Below are positions 1-7,217 of a stretch of DNA of 27,425 nt, piece after piece. The DNA comes from an uncultured Candidatus Bathyarchaeia archaeon (lineage in GTDB: Archaea; Thermoproteota; Bathyarchaeia; TCS64), in the NCBI GenBank assembly GCA_964441725.1, contig CAYTVK010000001.1, positions 1 to 27,425 of the forward strand. The letters are read 5' to 3'. The notes beneath the pieces were generated by a model. The model was not told the DNA's origin, searched no databases, and saw only the letters and a list, made by a program, of their open reading frames with translations. Position 1 is the stretch's first letter. Each line of letters starts with the position of its first letter. The position numbers and the translations under genes are program-made.

Positions 1-102
1 CTCCGTGACTCGCTTTATACTGCCTCCATCTACCTCTGCTATTAATGCGCAGCCTCCTCCGCAGTCAAGGTTACAGGCTATAGGTACTTGTTTGGGGTCC
101 AT
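1..102 (-). CDS. Molybdopterin-dependent oxidoreductase, DMSO reductase family, N-terminal 34 codons only (runs off the window edge)
   Basis: Manual translation from ATG at 102 on the minus strand gives MDPKQVPIACNLDCGGGCALIAEVDGGSIKRVTE with no stop before position 1. C-x3-C-x3-C followed by a hydrophobic strand and ..DG.I.RV matches the N-terminal [4Fe-4S] domain of DmsA/BisC-like enzymes. No twin-arginine leader. Not in the supplied ORF track. Confidence 0.8.
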   Translation of the reverse strand, partial: MDPKQVPIACNLDCGGGCALIAEVDGGSIKRVTE

Positions 103-111
103 AATCCCAGA

Positions 112-131
112 AATAACTGAACAAGGTTATT
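112..131. promoter_or_regulatory. Palindrome AATAAC-N8-GTTATT overlapping a TATA-like element (TAATAA, minus strand 132-127) upstream of the DMSO-reductase-family gene
   Basis: Perfect 6-bp inverted repeat read directly from the sequence, 10-29 nt upstream of ATG 102. An extra GTTAC half-site lies at 136-140. Function is inferred. Confidence 0.45.
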
Positions 132-213
132 AGAAGTTACTGCTTCCACGCATCCACCATAGGGGGGGTAAAAAATCCGCCTTGAAAACAGCCTGATTTT
201 ACTAAAACCAACC

Positions 214-240
214 CCAGAACAGCCCAGAATCGATCCAGAA
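214..240. repeat. Three CCAGAA direct repeats in helical phase
   Basis: Copies start at 214, 224 and 235 (spacing 10 and 11 bp). A fourth copy is at 107-112. Confidence 0.5.
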
Positions 241-321
241 TAGTGTAAAAAACTGGTAGGGTAACGGGAAAATAATGACAAAAAACGCTTTGGTAAGACA
301 ATTTTAGATAGGAAAAAGCGG

Positions 322-1605
322 CTAGGTTACGGTAGCTCTATCGTCGCTTTGCTTCAGGTGCTCACCGTTATCTATGACTGCCTTCAGGTGCTGAGCCACC
401 TTCCACACATCATGGTAGCTTATGTACAGCGGTATAGGAGCCAGCCTGATGATGTTAGGTGGACGGAAGTCGGGTATAACTCCACGCTCAATCAATGCCT
501 GATTGATCTTCCACGCCTCCTTATGATAGACGCCAACATGCCCACCCCTTCTCTCACTAGCCCTAGGTGTAGCGATGCCGTAACCGTATGGCTCCTTGCT
601 AAGCATCTCATCAATCAAGTACATCAGGTAGCTCGTGATCTTCAGGCTCTTTTCGCGGATATTCTCAATACCAGCCTCGCGAATCATCCTAAGACTGCCC
701 TCAATAGGCGCGGTACTCAGCATAGTTATGGTGCCTATCTCCCAAGCTGAAGCCGTCCTAGCCGGGTCAAACTTTGTACGCATCTCGAACATGGTGCCTC
801 TATTGTTTCCGAACCACCCCGCCATCCCAGGCATCTCCCCCCAGTGCTTCTTGTTCACGTAGACGCTGCCAGTGCTTCCGGGTCCACCGTTCATGTACTT
901 GTAGTTGCACCAGAAGGCAAAGTCACTGCCCCATTCACTGAAGTGATGAGGCACAACACCAGTACTGTGGCTGCAGTCAAAACCCACGATGATGCCCCGT
1001 TTGTGGGCTTCCTCGGTTATCCGCTTCATATCCAGCAGTTGCCCGCTCTTATAGTAGACGCTGGGAAGGAGCGCTAATTGAACCTCGTCGCTCATCGCAG
1101 TTATGATGTCTTCTTCCTCGATAATCATACCATCACGGCTCTTCACAAGAATCAGATCCTCATCAGGGTCTCCGCCCTTGAGCCTGATCTCGGCGCTCAA
1201 TGCGTAGAGGTCGCTGGGGAAGTTCAGTTCATCAGCGAGGATCTTCTTTCTTTTCCCCTCTGGCTGATAGAACGTAGAGACCAGTGTGTGAAGGTTAATC
1301 GTGGTGCCGCCGGTGATCACGCATTCATCCTTCTCCGCGCCTACCAGTGGAGCCTGAAGGTTGCCCAACTCCTCACCGTAGTTGATCCACGGCGTCTTTG
1401 CTCCTCCCCACCCCTTGATGCCGAGGGTCTTCCACTCCTCAATGACCCGCATCAGGGTCTTCTCAGAGTCCACGCTCATCAATCCGAGGCTGTTTCCATC
1501 CATGTAGATGGCGTCCCCGAGGGGATAGAATCTGCTCTTAAAACCAGCCAAAGGGTCCTTTGCGTCTAGTTCCAGCGCAAAGTCCTCGTCTAGCCTGTAA
1601 TTCAT
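322..1605 (-). CDS. kynU: Kynureninase (PLP-dependent), L-kynurenine-preferring type
   Basis: 427 aa. Motifs: N-terminal D..DPL..F...F, YMDGNSLG, GFDCSHSTG, WCNYKYMNGGPG (PLP Lys), GWFG, RGGHV, GVIPDFRPPNIIRLAP.PLY. Confidence 0.93.
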   Translation of the reverse strand: MNYRLDEDFALELDAKDPLAGFKSRFYPLGDAIYMDGNSLGLMSVDSEKTLMRVIEEWKTLGIKGWGGAKTPWINYGEELGNLQAPLVGAEKDECVITGGTTINLHTLVSTFYQPEGKRKKILADELNFPSDLYALSAEIRLKGGDPDEDLILVKSRDGMIIEEEDIITAMSDEVQLALLPSVYYKSGQLLDMKRITEEAHKRGIIVGFDCSHSTGVVPHHFSEWGSDFAFWCNYKYMNGGPGSTGSVYVNKKHWGEMPGMAGWFGNNRGTMFEMRTKFDPARTASAWEIGTITMLSTAPIEGSLRMIREAGIENIREKSLKITSYLMYLIDEMLSKEPYGYGIATPRASERRGGHVGVYHKEAWKINQALIERGVIPDFRPPNIIRLAPIPLYISYHDVWKVAQHLKAVIDNGEHLKQSDDRATVT

Positions 1606-1625
1606 CTTGTATCGGTGAAAGAGAG

Positions 1626-1632
1626 TATTATA
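1626..1632 (-). promoter_or_regulatory. TATA-like box (TATAATA) upstream of kynU
   Basis: Lies in the 42-bp moeA-kynU gap, 20 nt before the kynU ATG. Suggests kynU can be transcribed independently. Confidence 0.4.
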
Positions 1633-1647
1633 CGGCTTTAAGCACTA

Positions 1648-2865
1648 CTAGACGTGAAGCAGGGTTACCTGCACCGTCTCGCCTGCAGTTATTTTTGTGT
1701 GGCCTATTGGTAGGATGATGAATCCGTCGGCGTTTGTCATGCTTGTGATGTCTCCGCTCTGTTTGAAGACCCTGTAAGCCGCGCCGTCTCTAAGCTCCAC
1801 CGTGATGAACTGTTCCCTGTCGCCTTTGGATTCGAAACTTTCACCTATTGGCACATCAATTCTTACCCAGTGCTTGGGCTCAAGCCTCGCAAGTTTCCTC
1901 AAAGCAGGTAAAAGATACACGTAGCTGTTGTTCAGGCAGCTAGTTGGGTAGCCCGGCATACCGAAGATAAGCGTATCACCTACTTTACCGAACAATGTTG
2001 GTTTTCCCGGCTTTGTCTTAACCCCGTGGAAGTAAACCTCACCCATCTCCTCGATGGCTTCCCCGAAGAGATCTTTTACCCCTACGCTACTTCCGCCGCT
2101 GAATACACCCAAGTCATATTTCTCGGCGTCCATCAGGCTCTTCTTGATGGATTCAACCTTATCCTCCATGATCCCACACTTGAACGCCTCTCCGCCGTTC
2201 ATCTCTATAACAGACGCAAGGGTGAAGCTGTTGATATCATAGATCTGACCCGGCTTCAACGCCGTACCCTGAGGCACAACCTCCGGACCACTACTGTATA
2301 TAGCGACTCTGGGCTTCACATAGACCATGACATCAACGTAGCCGAGGGCCGCTAATGCGCCAAGCACCCCCGGCGTCACAGTTGTACCCTTTTCCAGTAC
2401 CTTGGTGCCTTTCACCATATCTTCTCCAGCTGGAGCCATGTTTCCACCCGGCTCCACGCCTCGCTTGATCAACACAATGTCTCCAACTAGCTCGGTGTAC
2501 TCCACCATGACCACCGCGTCTGCTCCATCAGGCATCGGGCTGCCTGTGGCGATCTCAAGGCATTCACCGTCTCCGATAGTTCCCTCATAGACTCCGCCAG
2601 TATGCTGTGCCCCTATTAGTTTGAGCTTGATGGGAGACTTTTCTGATGATTCTTTGGTGTCTCTTGCTTTTACCGCGTACCCATCCATGCTCGCCCTGTC
2701 AAATGGCGGAACGTTAAAGCCCGCCACCACATCCACTGCAAGGACTCGTCCCACGGAGTCCTGGATAGACACTTTTTCTGTCTCAGTAACCTGTTTTACG
2801 TTCTCAATGATTATCTTGATAGCCTCTTCTCTCGGCATCAATTCCTTGAATGGCTTCATCATCAT
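1648..2865 (-). CDS. moeA: Molybdopterin molybdenumtransferase (gephyrin-E-like)
   Basis: 405 aa. Motifs: PPFDRASMDGYAV, IATGSPMPDGADAVVMVE, SGGSSVG, KPGKP, PGYP, QSGDITSM. ATGA overlap with moaB. Confidence 0.95.
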   Translation of the reverse strand: MMMKPFKELMPREEAIKIIIENVKQVTETEKVSIQDSVGRVLAVDVVAGFNVPPFDRASMDGYAVKARDTKESSEKSPIKLKLIGAQHTGGVYEGTIGDGECLEIATGSPMPDGADAVVMVEYTELVGDIVLIKRGVEPGGNMAPAGEDMVKGTKVLEKGTTVTPGVLGALAALGYVDVMVYVKPRVAIYSSGPEVVPQGTALKPGQIYDINSFTLASVIEMNGGEAFKCGIMEDKVESIKKSLMDAEKYDLGVFSGGSSVGVKDLFGEAIEEMGEVYFHGVKTKPGKPTLFGKVGDTLIFGMPGYPTSCLNNSYVYLLPALRKLARLEPKHWVRIDVPIGESFESKGDREQFITVELRDGAAYRVFKQSGDITSMTNADGFIILPIGHTKITAGETVQVTLLHV

Positions 2866-3356
2866 CTTCGATTCAACTCCCAGAGCATGTGCCCTATACC
2901 GGGTAAAATTATCTCACTTAACGCCGTCCTCATGGCTCCCCTTGAGCCCGGTAAACAGAAAATCAACTTCTTATCTACTACTCCAGCTGTGGCTCGGCTC
3001 ATCAAACCGGCTACTCCTACCTCGTTGTAGCTGAGACGCCTAAAGTGTTCACCGAATCCCGGTAACTCCTTCTCAAAGAGGCTCTTTGCTACATCTACCG
3101 TGTGGTCTACTCTGCCAATCCCTGTACCACCGCTGGTGATTATCACTGAGGCTTCACCCTCAACGGCTTTCATTAGCCATTGTCTGATCTTCTCAGGGTT
3201 ATTGGGCTCTATTCCCCTAAGAGTCACATGGTGCCCCGCTTCCTCTATTAATTGTACAGCGAGTTTCCCCGTCTCATCGTCATCAAGGGTTCTGCTGTCG
3301 CTTGTTACGAGTAAAGCAAAGCTTGTATTGACCTTCTGGTCTCTTGGGTGGCTCAT
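2862..3356 (-). CDS. moaB: MoaB/MogA-family MPT-binding protein (adenylyltransferase fold)
   Basis: 164 aa. Motifs: TSDSR, TSGGTG, D.T, ELPGFGE.FR..S, SRATAG, LPGS. The usual P-D-[DE] motif reads P-N-N (see findings). Confidence 0.9.
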   Translation of the reverse strand: MSHPRDQKVNTSFALLVTSDSRTLDDDETGKLAVQLIEEAGHHVTLRGIEPNNPEKIRQWLMKAVEGEASVIITSGGTGIGRVDHTVDVAKSLFEKELPGFGEHFRRLSYNEVGVAGLMSRATAGVVDKKLIFCLPGSRGAMRTALSEIILPGIGHMLWELNRR

Positions 3357-3802
3357 TCTCCCTTCCTCTTCTCAATCACATGAACATCAGTGATAACGGT
3401 ATCTGGGTACTGTCCATCCTCATCTTTCTCAAGATACTTGGTCATATCCCAGATATTCAGCAGCGCAATCGTCACCCCTGTGAGTGCCTCCATCTCGACA
3501 CCCGTCTGAGCATTCGTAACCACGGTGCACAGCGTCTCAACGTTATCATCCATAAGCCTGTACTCGACATCAACCTTGCCTATGGGGATATTGTGGCACA
3601 GCGGTATCAACTCCGGGGTCTTCTTCACGGCGAGAATAGCCGCGATCTCACCCACAGACAGCGGGTCCCCTTTCTTGATCCCGGCTTCCCTGATCGCCTT
3701 TATGGTTGTTTCTTTGAGCTTAATCTTGCCTGTGGCTGTGGCTGATCTGTAAACCACCTCTTTGCCTGATACATCCACCATCTTTATCGGGTCCTCACTC
3801 AC
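3353..3802 (-). CDS. moaC: Cyclic pyranopterin monophosphate synthase
   Basis: Motifs: MVDVS.K, KKTPELIPLCH, TGVEMEAL, WDMTK. Start placed at GTG 3802 (8-nt overlap with the moaE stop). In-frame GTG 3811 is an alternative. Confidence 0.93.
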   Translation of the reverse strand: MSEDPIKMVDVSGKEVVYRSATATGKIKLKETTIKAIREAGIKKGDPLSVGEIAAILAVKKTPELIPLCHNIPIGKVDVEYRLMDDNVETLCTVVTNAQTGVEMEALTGVTIALLNIWDMTKYLEKDEDGQYPDTVITDVHVIEKRKGE

Positions 3803-4211
3803 GTTTCTCACCCTCCACCCAGAAATCCCCCTCAGGGCTCGTCTCCTTCTTCCATAGGGGCACCTTTTGCTTCAACTCATCTATCACATACATGCAGGCC
3901 TCAAAAGCCTCTCTGCGGTGCCCTGCGCTAACCGCTATGAAAACGATGTTATCACCGACATCAAGGTCTCCGTATCTGTGTATCACAGTGATCTCGTTCA
4001 CACTGTATTTCTCGATGGCTTCAGCCCTTATTTCATTAAGTTGCTTCAAAGCCATTGCCTCGTAGACCTCGATATTCATCTTGGCTATCTTGCGGCCTTT
4101 GGCGTTATCCCGTACAGTGCCTATGAATGTAACGATACCTCCGGTATCAGACGATCTCACGGAGTTCAATGCTCCTTGGATGTCTATGTCTTCACGCTGA
4201 ACCTTGATCAT
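3795..4211 (-). CDS. moaE: Molybdopterin synthase large subunit
   Basis: Motifs: GGIVTFIGTVRD, HRYGDL, SAGHRREAF, LKQKVPLWKKE. ATG 4211 directly follows the moaD stop. GTG 4220 is an alternative start. Confidence 0.93.
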   Translation of the reverse strand: MIKVQREDIDIQGALNSVRSSDTGGIVTFIGTVRDNAKGRKIAKMNIEVYEAMALKQLNEIRAEAIEKYSVNEITVIHRYGDLDVGDNIVFIAVSAGHRREAFEACMYVIDELKQKVPLWKKETSPEGDFWVEGEKRE

Positions 4212-4212
4212 C

Positions 4213-4455
4213 TTATCCACCGCTCACAGGGGGGAAGAAAGCCACCTCATCGGTCTCCTCAATCACCTGATCCAGAGACCCAAAGCTACCGTTCACAGCC
4301 ACCAGTACTTCCTCCTTGGCAGCCATCTTTGGGTAGAGTCCACGCACATACTCCCGTATCCCCTCAACAGTGATGCCTTTCTCTACGTCAAGTGTTTCAT
4401 CCCGTTTACCAGTAAAATCCCTGAACTGCCCAAAGTAGTGTATATTGACCTTCAT
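4213..4455 (-). CDS. moaD: Molybdopterin synthase sulfur carrier subunit (MoaD/ThiS family)
   Basis: 80 aa beta-grasp-like protein ending FFPPVSGG (C-terminal di-glycine), between moaA and moaE. Confidence 0.92.
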   Translation of the reverse strand: MKVNIHYFGQFRDFTGKRDETLDVEKGITVEGIREYVRGLYPKMAAKEEVLVAVNGSFGSLDQVIEETDEVAFFPPVSGG

Positions 4456-4457
4456 CC

Positions 4458-5405
4458 TTATTCCTTCCAGTATGGTTCCCGGCGCATCACGGCTTCCTTG
4501 AACGCCTCTATCAATGCCTCATGGGGTTCTCCGCTACGCATCAGTGATACAAATGGAACATGGTTATCCTCTCTCATTAAGCATGCCTTGAGCTTACCAT
4601 CACTGGTTACCCTGAGCCTCGTACAGTAGGCGCAGAAGGTACTGTTATGCATGGGTCTCACTACTTCAACCTGTGCTCCATTTTTCAGATAGTAGATTTT
4701 TCTGCGATGCATCTCACGCTCAACTATCTTCTCAGAGCGCTCTGCGAGCATCTCCTCAACAGGCACCAAGTCGTAGTGCAGTTCATCATAGAACTCCGTC
4801 CCGTTCTCCAGCTCCTGAAACTCGATCAACTGGAGTATGGCCCCTGTCCTGCTGCTGAATTCTATGAGACTCTCTATCTCATCATGGTTTACTCCCTTCA
4901 TCACCACCATGTTGAGCTTCACCGGAGTCAAACCACACCTGATTGCCTCCCTGATCCCCTTCTCCACCTCATCCCTTTGATCCCTGCCAGTGATTTCCTT
5001 AAACTCCGATGGATCGAGGCTGTGGAGACTGATATTCACCCTGGCTAAACCCGCTTCTTTGAGTTTGCACGCAAGCTCCTTTAATCTGCTTGCGTTTGTC
5101 GTCATGGAGACCTCCTCAACGTAGGGTTTGATGCGTCTCACTATCTCCACTATGTCATCTCTGAGAAGGGGCTCTCCGCCGGTGAGTTTTACGTATTTGA
5201 TGCCTTGCTCGGAGGCTATCTTGACGATGTTCTCAACCTCATTTGCTGTGAGTTCCTGTCCTGAGTCGTGTTCGCCCTCTTGGTGGCAGAAGAAACAGTT
5301 GAAGTCGCATCTCTGGGTTAGACTGATGCGTAGGCTCTTGATTGGTCTGTTGTAGGGGTCTTTTAGGGTCAGGGTTCTTCGCCTCTGTTTTTTACTGCGG
5401 AGCAT
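4458..5405 (-). CDS. moaA: GTP 3',8-cyclase (radical SAM)
   Basis: 315 aa. Motifs: LRISLTQRCDFNCFFCHQEG (CxxxCxxC), LTGGEP, MTTN, VKLNMV, C-terminal cluster FCAYCTRLRVTSDGKLKACL. Ends REPYWKE with no GG. Confidence 0.95.
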   Translation of the reverse strand: MLRSKKQRRRTLTLKDPYNRPIKSLRISLTQRCDFNCFFCHQEGEHDSGQELTANEVENIVKIASEQGIKYVKLTGGEPLLRDDIVEIVRRIKPYVEEVSMTTNASRLKELACKLKEAGLARVNISLHSLDPSEFKEITGRDQRDEVEKGIREAIRCGLTPVKLNMVVMKGVNHDEIESLIEFSSRTGAILQLIEFQELENGTEFYDELHYDLVPVEEMLAERSEKIVEREMHRRKIYYLKNGAQVEVVRPMHNSTFCAYCTRLRVTSDGKLKACLMREDNHVPFVSLMRSGEPHEALIEAFKEAVMRREPYWKE

Positions 5406-5429
5406 TATTTATTGTTATGCTAGACAGTA

Positions 5430-5449
5430 CATATCGAATGATCGATATG
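5430..5449. promoter_or_regulatory. Perfect inverted repeat CATATCGA-N4-TCGATATG in the moaA/tupA divergent promoter (candidate operator)
   Basis: 8-bp arms with 4-bp spacer, read directly, in an 81-bp divergent intergenic region. An additional CATATC is at 5460-5465 and an AT-rich TATA-like stretch at 5451-5459. Confidence 0.6.
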
Positions 5450-5486
5450 AATAAATAAACATATCACATATTTTAGCGGGATAAAT

Positions 5487-6494
5487 ATGTCAGGATTCAA
5501 CAATCAAAGAACAATCATGATTGTAGGGGCAATACTGATCCTAGTAATCGCAGGAGGTCTCTACTGGAACTATACCAAGCCAAAGCCGAAAGAGCAGCTC
5601 ATAGTCTCAACTACCACAAGTCTCTACGAGACAGGTGTACTTGATGTCCTCAAGGCACGTTTTGAGGCTAACTATCCGCAATATAACGTGAGCTTCATCT
5701 CTCAAGGTACGGGTCTAGCTATCCAGACGGCTAAAAACGGTGACGCGGACATGATTCTCGTACACGCTCCATCGCAGGAGCTGGCGTTTATGGAGAGCGG
5801 CGACGGTGTTAACCGTAAGATATTCGCCTATAACTTCTTCATCATCGTTGGGCCAGAATCTGACCCCGCTGGCATAAAGGGAATGGACCCACTGGAGGCC
5901 CTGACCACTATAGCCGAGAAGGGGGTAGCAGGGGAAGCCGTCTGGGTCTCAAGGGGCGATAACTCAGGCACAAACAGTAAGGAGATAAACCTCTGGGCAG
6001 CAGCTGGACTCGACTTGGAGGCGTTGAAGGCTGAGAAGATAGCGAGCACATCTGATCCATGGTATATTGAGGCGGGCGCAGGGATGACTGCTACACTGCA
6101 GTTAGCAAACCAGAAAGACGCCTATACCTTGACCGATGTAGCGACATACCTCAAGAACTATGCCAATGGAAACATCCAGCTTGTGAAGGTTGTGGACAGT
6201 GGCAAGGACACTCTCAACGTATATAGCGCGATAGTGTGTAACCCCGAGAAGAACCCTCGTGGGATGTATGATGCCTCGATGCTGTTCGTCCGATTCGTCA
6301 TAAGCGACGATGTGCAGAACATGCTGAAAACCTATGGACAGGATGAGTATGGCTCAACTCTGTTCAAGCCTTGGATTCTCGAGCTGGCTAACCCCAACTC
6401 ACAGATTGTGCAATGGGTTGAGGAGTACGCCTACTTTGACGGCTCAGAGTGTCCATCAATGTATAGGTATCAACCGGGTGACCTATATCAATAA
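5487..6494 (+). CDS. tupA: Tungstate-type ABC transporter substrate-binding protein
   Basis: 335 aa. N-terminal membrane anchor, STTTS signature (TTTS at 5610-5621), GTG.A, GDAD...VHAP, YN.FIIVGP..DPAGI, SRGDNSGT, YTLTD..TY. Confidence 0.9.
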   Translation: MSGFNNQRTIMIVGAILILVIAGGLYWNYTKPKPKEQLIVSTTTSLYETGVLDVLKARFEANYPQYNVSFISQGTGLAIQTAKNGDADMILVHAPSQELAFMESGDGVNRKIFAYNFFIIVGPESDPAGIKGMDPLEALTTIAEKGVAGEAVWVSRGDNSGTNSKEINLWAAAGLDLEALKAEKIASTSDPWYIEAGAGMTATLQLANQKDAYTLTDVATYLKNYANGNIQLVKVVDSGKDTLNVYSAIVCNPEKNPRGMYDASMLFVRFVISDDVQNMLKTYGQDEYGSTLFKPWILELANPNSQIVQWVEEYAYFDGSECPSMYRYQPGDLYQ

Positions 6495-6506
6495 CCTCAA
6501 CACGTT

Positions 6507-7217
6507 TTGATCACTATGGGCTGGCAGACTATTCTCGCGGGGCTTTCTCAGGCAATCAAACTGATATTTAGCTTAGATAGGACAGTTATCGAGATAACCC
6601 TAAGGTCTCTTCACATCGCCACCCTTGCCACCATTCTCGCCGCAATTATCTGTATCCCCATCAGCGTCTTGATCACGATGAAGGAGTTCCGGGGAAAGAG
6701 TGGGTTGAAGTTCTTCTTCAACGCCATGGTGGGCATACCCACAGTGACCTTAGGTCTGTTCCTGTACAGCCTGTTCAGTAAGAGCGGACCCTTAGCCACA
6801 TTGAGTCTGCTTTACACCGTGAGAGGAATCGCTGTCGGACAAGCCTTGCTTATATCGCCTATTATGATCACTTTCATCGTCAGCGCCATTGAGAGCAAGG
6901 ATCAGGAGCTTCGTGACCTCGTTAGAACTCTGGGTGCATCAGAGTATCAGACGAGTCTAGCAGTTGTCAGAGAGGCGTACAGCGGTGTCAGCTTGGCAAT
7001 AGTCTCCAGCTTTAACCGTGCCTTCGCTGAACTCGGTATCGCCATCATGCTTGGTGCGAACATCAAAGGAGTAACGAGGGTTCTTACAACTGCAATCGCT
7101 TTGGAGACCTCGAAGGGTGACCTTGGATTGAGCTTCGCCTTGAGCTTTATTCTCCTCTTCGTTGTCCTCGCATTAAACTACATTATCACTCGGTTCCAAG
7201 GAGGCGTATCGAAGTGA
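6507..7217 (+). CDS. tupB: Tungstate ABC transporter permease
   Basis: Multiple hydrophobic segments, GIPTV..GL, EAA-loop-like segment RTLGAS, RAFAELG..IMLGANI.G.TRVLTTAIALET.KG. Start is TTG 6507 or ATG 6516. Confidence 0.9.
   Translation: MITMGWQTILAGLSQAIKLIFSLDRTVIEITLRSLHIATLATILAAIICIPISVLITMKEFRGKSGLKFFFNAMVGIPTVTLGLFLYSLFSKSGPLATLSLLYTVRGIAVGQALLISPIMITFIVSAIESKDQELRDLVRTLGASEYQTSLAVVREAYSGVSLAIVSSFNRAFAELGIAIMLGANIKGVTRVLTTAIALETSKGDLGLSFALSFILLFVVLALNYIITRFQGGVSK

Noticed and set aside
78-281. 67-aa minus-strand ORF in the ORF track
   Set aside because: TTG start, no recognisable motif, runs through repeat- and homopolymer-rich promoter DNA, and overlaps the start of the better-supported DMSO-reductase-family frame.
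103-321. Possible Moco/Tuco riboswitch or other structured RNA upstream of a Mo-enzyme gene
   Set aside because: I could not find the multi-stem pairing or conserved segments by eye. An Infernal search against Rfam would be decisive.
349-1569. Plus-strand ORFs of 75-163 aa opposite kynU, and similar antisense ORFs throughout the track
   Set aside because: Antisense shadows of well-supported genes, with no motifs or independent start signals.
322-1605. Kynureninase-fold protein acting as the cysteine desulfurase/Moco sulfurase needed by XO-family enzymes
   Set aside because: It retains kynureninase-specific motifs and has no catalytic Cys loop near the C-terminus; GVIPDFRPPN stands where desulfurases have RxGxHC or SACxS.
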